DNA of 35,205 nt from the UHGV virus genome UHGV-0178511; one strand, given 5' to 3'. Shown here piece by piece: positions 30,345-35,205 of this stretch. The translations under genes and the position numbers were made by a program. The stretch's first letter is position 1. Every line of letters starts with the position of its first letter. Under the pieces are notes generated by a model. That model ran no database searches, was not told the origin of the DNA, and worked only from the letters and a program-made list of their open reading frames with translations. Source of the DNA: a virus.

Positions 30345-33113
30345 ATGGCTAATTACCGTGATTTGTTAGAGCAGGCTGGCGCACGTTACGGTGTGCCAGA
30401 AGGGTTGATGACTGCACTGGGTGCCAAGGAGTCTTCTTACAACCCTGCCGCAGTAAGCTCCGCCGGGGCTGTAGGATTGACTCAGGTCATGCCTGGGACA
30501 TGGCGTGATATGGGTTATACCGATGAGCAAATGCAAAACCCCGAATATCAGGCTGACGCTGGCGCGCGCTATCTGGCAAAGATGTACCAGCAGTTTGGTA
30601 ACTGGCGTGATGCTCTTCAGGCTTATCACGACGGTCCCGGCAACGTTATGAAGGCAAAGCGTGGTGAATATACGCCAGGACCTGAAGGCCGCGGTTACGT
30701 TGATGATCGCTTTGCTCAATGGGCGGGTGACCCGGTGACAGACTCAACAGTCGAACAGCGCGCCACCTCTGCAAAGGTACATCCTCAGCAAGACCCTAAC
30801 AACCCGTTTGCACAACTGGAAGCACAGTCATCCGAACAAGTATCGGCATCAGGTGTGCAGTCAGACCCAAATAATCCATTTGCTCAGATTGAGCAGCAGG
30901 CAGCCAGTCAGCAGCCACCTCAACCCGTAAGTTCTGTCGCACCGAAACCTGTTCAGCAACAAACAGTTAATCAGGCCAATAATGAACCAGCACGTGAAGA
31001 ACCATCATTGATGCAACAAGCTGGCGATTGGCTCACAGGTGGTCAAAGTGCAGGGCAAATTACAGAGCAGGCTGGTCGTGGTCTGGTAAACATACCATTT
31101 GACGTATTGCAGGGTGGCGCAAGTCTGATTAATGCAATCAGCCAGGGGCTTGGTGGGCCAAAAGTATTGGATGATGTCTATCGTCCAGTCGACCGACCGA
31201 CAGATCCTTACGCGCAAGCTGGAGAGTCAATAGGCGGTTATCTTGTTCCTGGAGCAGGTGTAACTGGAAACATGGTCATTGGTTCTCTCGCTGACGCGGC
31301 GAATCAACGGGGTGATTTTGCCGAAAATGCCGCTATTAATGCCGGACTTAACATTGCTACGCATGGCCTGATAAATGGCGTTACCCATGGTGTTCGTGGT
31401 GCATCAAATATAATTAGTGGCAATAAAACATCTGCACAGAGAGCGACCACTGCGGCAACAGAAACATCACCATTCTCCGGTACTGCGCCAACAGAAACAT
31501 CACCATTCTCCGGTGATGCCGCTGCAGCAACAAATCCTGCGGTTCATGCCGCAGAGGCAAGAGCAGCACAAGGTGTACCAATGACGCCTGCGACGAGGGA
31601 CCCAGAGGAGGTCGTCCGCACAGTAGCAGCACAAAAAAGGCCAAATCTCGCTTCATCGCTTGATGAACTAGATATCAATCCTCAGGCTGAAGTTCTGGAG
31701 TCTGCTGAAAGGCTTAATGTTGATTCATTACTCCCTTCACACTTTTCCGGGAACGAGCAATACAAGGCAGTTGAGCAAGCAATCAAGTCCCGTGCGGGTT
31801 CCGCTCTACGGGTGCAGGAAAATGAAGCAATCAGGCAACTAGCACAGGGCGCGGGGGAGATAATTGATCGCGTTTCCGGTGCAAAAGATGCTCTTGGTAT
31901 GAGCGACAAGTTTATTGATACGATCAATGGAAGAATGTCTGCGCTGATGAAACGAAGCGACCAGCTTTATCGCAATGTTGAAAAGGCGATGCCTGCAGGT
32001 GCAAAAATTGATGCGCCATCAACAAGGTCAATGCTCAAACAGGTGGCAGAAGATCTTGGCGGGATGAAAAACCTTGACCCTATTGAAAAGAGAGTCTTTC
32101 GGGCAGTTAATCCAGGCAAGAACGGCGCATTAACTTATGCAAATCTCAATAAGCAACGACGACTTGTTGGTGATGCACTTCATAAGAATTCTGGACCATA
32201 TAAAGATGCTGATCGCGCTGCTTTATCGAGGCTTTACGGTTCGCTCGCCGATGATCAAAAGGCGGCGCTGTCAGAGACAAATGCATTACGTGATTTTGAA
32301 GTTGCTCAGAGGCTTGTTCAGATGCGAAAAAGCATGGAAGAGCAAATGATTAATCTAACTGGCAGAACGCTGAACGGTGATGTTTCTCGCAAAGCAACTA
32401 CAGCACTACAGGCAATGTCGAAAGGCGATGCCAAAGGATTTCGTGAATTGATGCAAAACACGCCGTCCAGGAAGCTAAGAACCGAGCTACTGGGAACAGG
32501 TCTTCGGGATATGCTTTCGAACGGAAAACGTGGCGCTGATTTTAATCCTGCAGGGTTTGCTGACTGGTATCAAAACATGTTAGCAAACGGGCAGATGCGC
32601 AATCTTGCCCGACATTTACCAAAAGAGACTATGTCAGGTCTGAACGATGTATATAAGGTCGCAAAGGCTATCAAAGATGCAAAATCTTACGAGATAACTA
32701 CAGGAAGACTAAACGAGTTCGTCAAACGGTTTAATCGCGTCACTGCGGCAAATGAATTTGTTGCTAACCATGCCCAACGCATTGGCACTGCGGTTGGTTC
32801 AACTGTGTCAGGACCGTTCAGTGCAGTAGGTGCTGTTGCTGGGTCAGAAATTGGGGCAAAAGTCGCCAGCAAAATCAGGGCGATGGGCGGCGCTGAATCA
32901 ATTGAATCTGCAGAAAAGCTAATTAGCTCACCAGAATTCCAGAAAGCAGCAAGGCTGGCAGTAAAACAAGCACCAGAAAGCATCGTTGATACAACTGTAA
33001 GACGCTCTTCTGCTTGGCGCTCGTTTTACAACTCACTTCCAGAATCAGATAAGAAAACCATATCAAGGCTAGGCATCATGTACTGGATGAACAGTGATGA
33101 TAACCAGAAGTAA
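30345..33113 (+). CDS. Large ejection protein with N-terminal lytic transglycosylase (SLT) domain (P22 gene 16 position)
   Basis: 922 aa; SLT motifs [27 protein letters not shown] in the first ~120 aa; internal peptide repeats. Confidence 0.8.
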   Translation: MANYRDLLEQAGARYGVPEGLMTALGAKESSYNPAAVSSAGAVGLTQVMPGTWRDMGYTDEQMQNPEYQADAGARYLAKMYQQFGNWRDALQAYHDGPGNVMKAKRGEYTPGPEGRGYVDDRFAQWAGDPVTDSTVEQRATSAKVHPQQDPNNPFAQLEAQSSEQVSASGVQSDPNNPFAQIEQQAASQQPPQPVSSVAPKPVQQQTVNQANNEPAREEPSLMQQAGDWLTGGQSAGQITEQAGRGLVNIPFDVLQGGASLINAISQGLGGPKVLDDVYRPVDRPTDPYAQAGESIGGYLVPGAGVTGNMVIGSLADAANQRGDFAENAAINAGLNIATHGLINGVTHGVRGASNIISGNKTSAQRATTAATETSPFSGTAPTETSPFSGDAAAATNPAVHAAEARAAQGVPMTPATRDPEEVVRTVAAQKRPNLASSLDELDINPQAEVLESAERLNVDSLLPSHFSGNEQYKAVEQAIKSRAGSALRVQENEAIRQLAQGAGEIIDRVSGAKDALGMSDKFIDTINGRMSALMKRSDQLYRNVEKAMPAGAKIDAPSTRSMLKQVAEDLGGMKNLDPIEKRVFRAVNPGKNGALTYANLNKQRRLVGDALHKNSGPYKDADRAALSRLYGSLADDQKAALSETNALRDFEVAQRLVQMRKSMEEQMINLTGRTLNGDVSRKATTALQAMSKGDAKGFRELMQNTPSRKLRTELLGTGLRDMLSNGKRGADFNPAGFADWYQNMLANGQMRNLARHLPKETMSGLNDVYKVAKAIKDAKSYEITTGRLNEFVKRFNRVTAANEFVANHAQRIGTAVGSTVSGPFSAVGAVAGSEIGAKVASKIRAMGGAESIESAEKLISSPEFQKAARLAVKQAPESIVDTTVRRSSAWRSFYNSLPESDKKTISRLGIMYWMNSDDNQK

Positions 33114-33130
33114 CGGAAAGCCACGGATGG

Positions 33131-33391
33131 TTAGCTGCTGTCTTTTTTATATAGCTCTTTGAGAGTATCAAAGACAATTTTCTTAACCATATCAGATTGT
33201 TGTTCTGCCATACGCTCTGCATCGTCAATGTAAACTGATGTAGAGCTTTGTTTATCCAATGATTCTTCAATCGCTGCAATTATCTCTGAGTTCAGCGACC
33301 TGTTATTCATCTTCGCACGCAGCTTAATTTTCGCGTGGAGTTCATGCGGAAGTCTCAAGTGAAACTGCGCCTCGTCGTATTTGCTGTACAT
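33131..33391 (-). CDS. mnt: Mnt-like ribbon-helix-helix repressor
   Basis: From the internal Met: FHLRLPHELHAKIKLRAKMNNRSLNSEIIAAIEESL...DDAERMAEQQSDMVKKIVFDTLKELYKK parallels P22 Mnt FNFRMPMEVREKLKFRAEANGRSMNSELLQIVQDAL...NDAERLADEQSELVKKMVFDTLKDLYKK. Confidence 0.8.
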   Translation of the reverse strand: MYSKYDEAQFHLRLPHELHAKIKLRAKMNNRSLNSEIIAAIEESLDKQSSTSVYIDDAERMAEQQSDMVKKIVFDTLKELYKKDSS

Positions 33392-33512
33392 CCTTGATGC
33401 CTCACCAGTTGGGTGGAATGGCATCGTAACCTACTGGATAAATACTCAATAGTACCATTTCGGTATGCAATCACATCATGGTTGCATCATATCATTCGTC
33501 TGGAGCAATGAA
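33392..33512. promoter_or_regulatory. Divergent mnt/tailspike intergenic region with candidate operator palindrome
   Basis: ATGCAA-N11-TTGCAT inverted repeat at 33465-33487, followed by TATCAT (-10-like) and GGAG RBS before the tailspike ATG. Confidence 0.4.
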
Positions 33513-35205
33513 ATGTCAGATATCACCGCAAATGTTGTGGTAAGCATGCCTTCGCAACTCTTCACTATGGCTCGTTCTTTTAAAGCCGTAGCCAATGGCA
33601 AAATTTATATCGGTAAAATTGACACTGACCCGGTAAATCCAGAAAACCAGATTCAGGTTTATGTGGAAAACGAAGACGGTTCTCACGTTCCTGTTTCGCA
33701 ACCAATCATCATTAACGCTGCTGGTTACCCTGTATATAACGGACAGATTGCCAAGTTCGTAACTGTGCAAGGCCATTCTATGGCTGTTTATGATGCATAC
33801 GGTGCGCAGCAGTTCTATTTTCCGAATGTGCTAAAGTATGATCCAGATCAGTTTAAGGGCAATCTCCTGAGCGAAGATCACTCACTTGGCGACTCTCTAG
33901 TCATGCATAACCCACAGTTTGTCGATAGCACATCGACCATTCTCTCAAAAAAGCTAACTATCGACCTGAGGACGCTTACAGACTACGGGTTTGCTGAGGG
34001 AAACACCGGTGCTCAGAACAAAGCTGCATTTCAGAAGGCTATTGATGATGCTACGTTGCCAACTGAGATTGTTATACCAGAGGGGGCGTTCATTGTTGAC
34101 CCTGGTATTACGATTAAGAATACTGTCACCATGATACGAGGTGCTGGCGCATATCAGTCCAGAATTTTCTCTACGGGTACAGCGGCACCGATAATCACGC
34201 AACAAGATGGGGTAATTACGTTCTGCGAGTTCAGGGACTTTGGTCTTGACGGAAATGGCTACGCAGCTAACGGCATCAGTCTTACTGAAGCCAACCACAT
34301 TAAAATAGAAAATATTGACGTGGTTAATACTAATAACAACGCAATATTAGTTAACGGTTACTCCATTGACATCATTGGGTGCCGGTTGTTTCAAAACGCC
34401 GGTAACGGTATTAATGTTGGTGGTTACTGCAATAATATTAATATAATCAACAGCCGTATCTATGGTAACGGAGCCGGTGGAGTTTTACTTACGCCAGCTT
34501 ACGCTGAGGGCGGTATGAGCGTCAGAGTTAATGGCAACAATATAGAGCAAAATAAGTTCTACGGACTTTTGGCTTACGGGGTTAAAGGCCTTAACCTTGA
34601 TGATAACTATTGGGAACGCAACGGTGAGATTGGTTACCAGTATAGTGTACCTGAGTCTATTACAGTACGTGCGGATATCCACCTTATCGCGAACAATTTT
34701 ACATTAATTCCTGACCTTTCAAAAATTAATGATACCGTATCTATTCGCGGGAATCAGCAGACCGCGATTGGCTACGCCAGCGCGCTACCTAACCAAGACG
34801 GATTTATTTTCACGAACTATGCGAAAAACCTGACGATTGAAAATAATCAGTTATTAGACGCATCGAAAGTGAATAATTTATTAGCAATGTACCACAATAA
34901 TCTTTCGTCCAAAGTTACTGACAGGCTATATCTTGCCAACAACACAGTGAACTCCATCGGATACGTTGGTAGTTATGACCCGGCGACACAAAACCCTGAC
35001 ACTGCGCATTTAATAGATATTGCGAACAGAGAGTTAACTGCTAACTATCTTGATCGAAATATGTTGCTCTGGACTGCGGCATCTGGAACTACAGGAACAT
35101 TGATAAAAACTCAAAACATCTATGCTGGTGGATTTGCCCCTATATTTCCAGACACCTGTTATCACTTAACCCATTACTGGCCTGCTGCCGCAGATATTCC
35201 CGTGG
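33513..35205 (+). CDS. Tailspike protein, 3'-truncated: P22 gp9-like N-terminal head-binding domain plus non-P22 parallel beta-helix receptor-binding domain
   Basis: N-terminus [59 protein letters not shown] matches P22 gp9; remainder has beta-helix repeats ([51 protein letters not shown]). No stop in window; last 25 codons lie in the terminal inverted repeat. Confidence 0.9.
   Translation, partial: MSDITANVVVSMPSQLFTMARSFKAVANGKIYIGKIDTDPVNPENQIQVYVENEDGSHVPVSQPIIINAAGYPVYNGQIAKFVTVQGHSMAVYDAYGAQQFYFPNVLKYDPDQFKGNLLSEDHSLGDSLVMHNPQFVDSTSTILSKKLTIDLRTLTDYGFAEGNTGAQNKAAFQKAIDDATLPTEIVIPEGAFIVDPGITIKNTVTMIRGAGAYQSRIFSTGTAAPIITQQDGVITFCEFRDFGLDGNGYAANGISLTEANHIKIENIDVVNTNNNAILVNGYSIDIIGCRLFQNAGNGINVGGYCNNINIINSRIYGNGAGGVLLTPAYAEGGMSVRVNGNNIEQNKFYGLLAYGVKGLNLDDNYWERNGEIGYQYSVPESITVRADIHLIANNFTLIPDLSKINDTVSIRGNQQTAIGYASALPNQDGFIFTNYAKNLTIENNQLLDASKVNNLLAMYHNNLSSKVTDRLYLANNTVNSIGYVGSYDPATQNPDTAHLIDIANRELTANYLDRNMLLWTAASGTTGTLIKTQNIYAGGFAPIFPDTCYHLTHYWPAAADIPV
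35128..35204. repeat. Terminal inverted repeat, right copy (exact reverse complement of 1-77)
   Basis: 77/77 identity by manual reverse complement; base 35205 (g) is beyond what can be compared. Confidence 0.9.

Larger units (their letters stand above)
1..35205. mobile_element. Mosaic lambdoid P22-like temperate phage/prophage region; integrase, xis and att not in window
   Basis: Continuous phage gene order: Red recombination, sieB, N, c2/cro/c1, O/helicase, nin, Q, lysis, terS/terL/portal/scaffold/coat/tail genes. No recognisable non-phage housekeeping genes. Confidence 0.9.

Noticed and set aside
1-35205. CRISPR array, tRNA/rRNA genes, insertion sequences, integrase
   Set aside because: No regularly spaced short direct repeats, no tRNA-like cloverleaf candidates, no transposase-like ORFs and no tyrosine/serine recombinase ORF found on either strand.

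Overview
The whole 35.2-kb window is one mosaic lambdoid temperate phage or prophage of an enterobacterial host (Escherichia/Shigella/Salmonella type); no integrase, att site, tRNA, rRNA or CRISPR array is visible. Gene calls rest on reading the ORF-track translations against protein sequences I remember, so identities are recollection, not search results. Left to right: a minus-strand accessory region (1-3090) with a secreted Cys-rich protein; a lambda-like Red recombination block (exo, bet, gam, kil, cIII, ea10); sieB; a P22-type immunity region (c2, cro, c1) with a phage-21-type N and nut sites; O-like initiator with internal iterons plus DnaB-type helicase; a nin region (ninB, Dam-like methyltransferase, ninE/F, Roi/Rha-like, YbcO-like, rusA, ninH); lambda-type Q, pR', 6S RNA/tR' and S-R-Rz/Rz1 lysis genes; then a P22-like podovirus virion module (terS, terL, portal, scaffold, coat, gp4, gp10, tail needle, ejection proteins) ending in an orphan mnt repressor and a 3'-truncated tailspike. 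The most unusual observation is a perfect 77-bp inverted repeat at the two window termini that encodes the same 25-aa peptide in frame at the 3' ends of the tailspike gene and of an unrelated minus-strand ORF. Other points worth follow-up are the orphan Mnt facing the tailspike, a non-P22 receptor-binding domain on the tailspike, and an enlarged ejection protein with a lytic transglycosylase domain.
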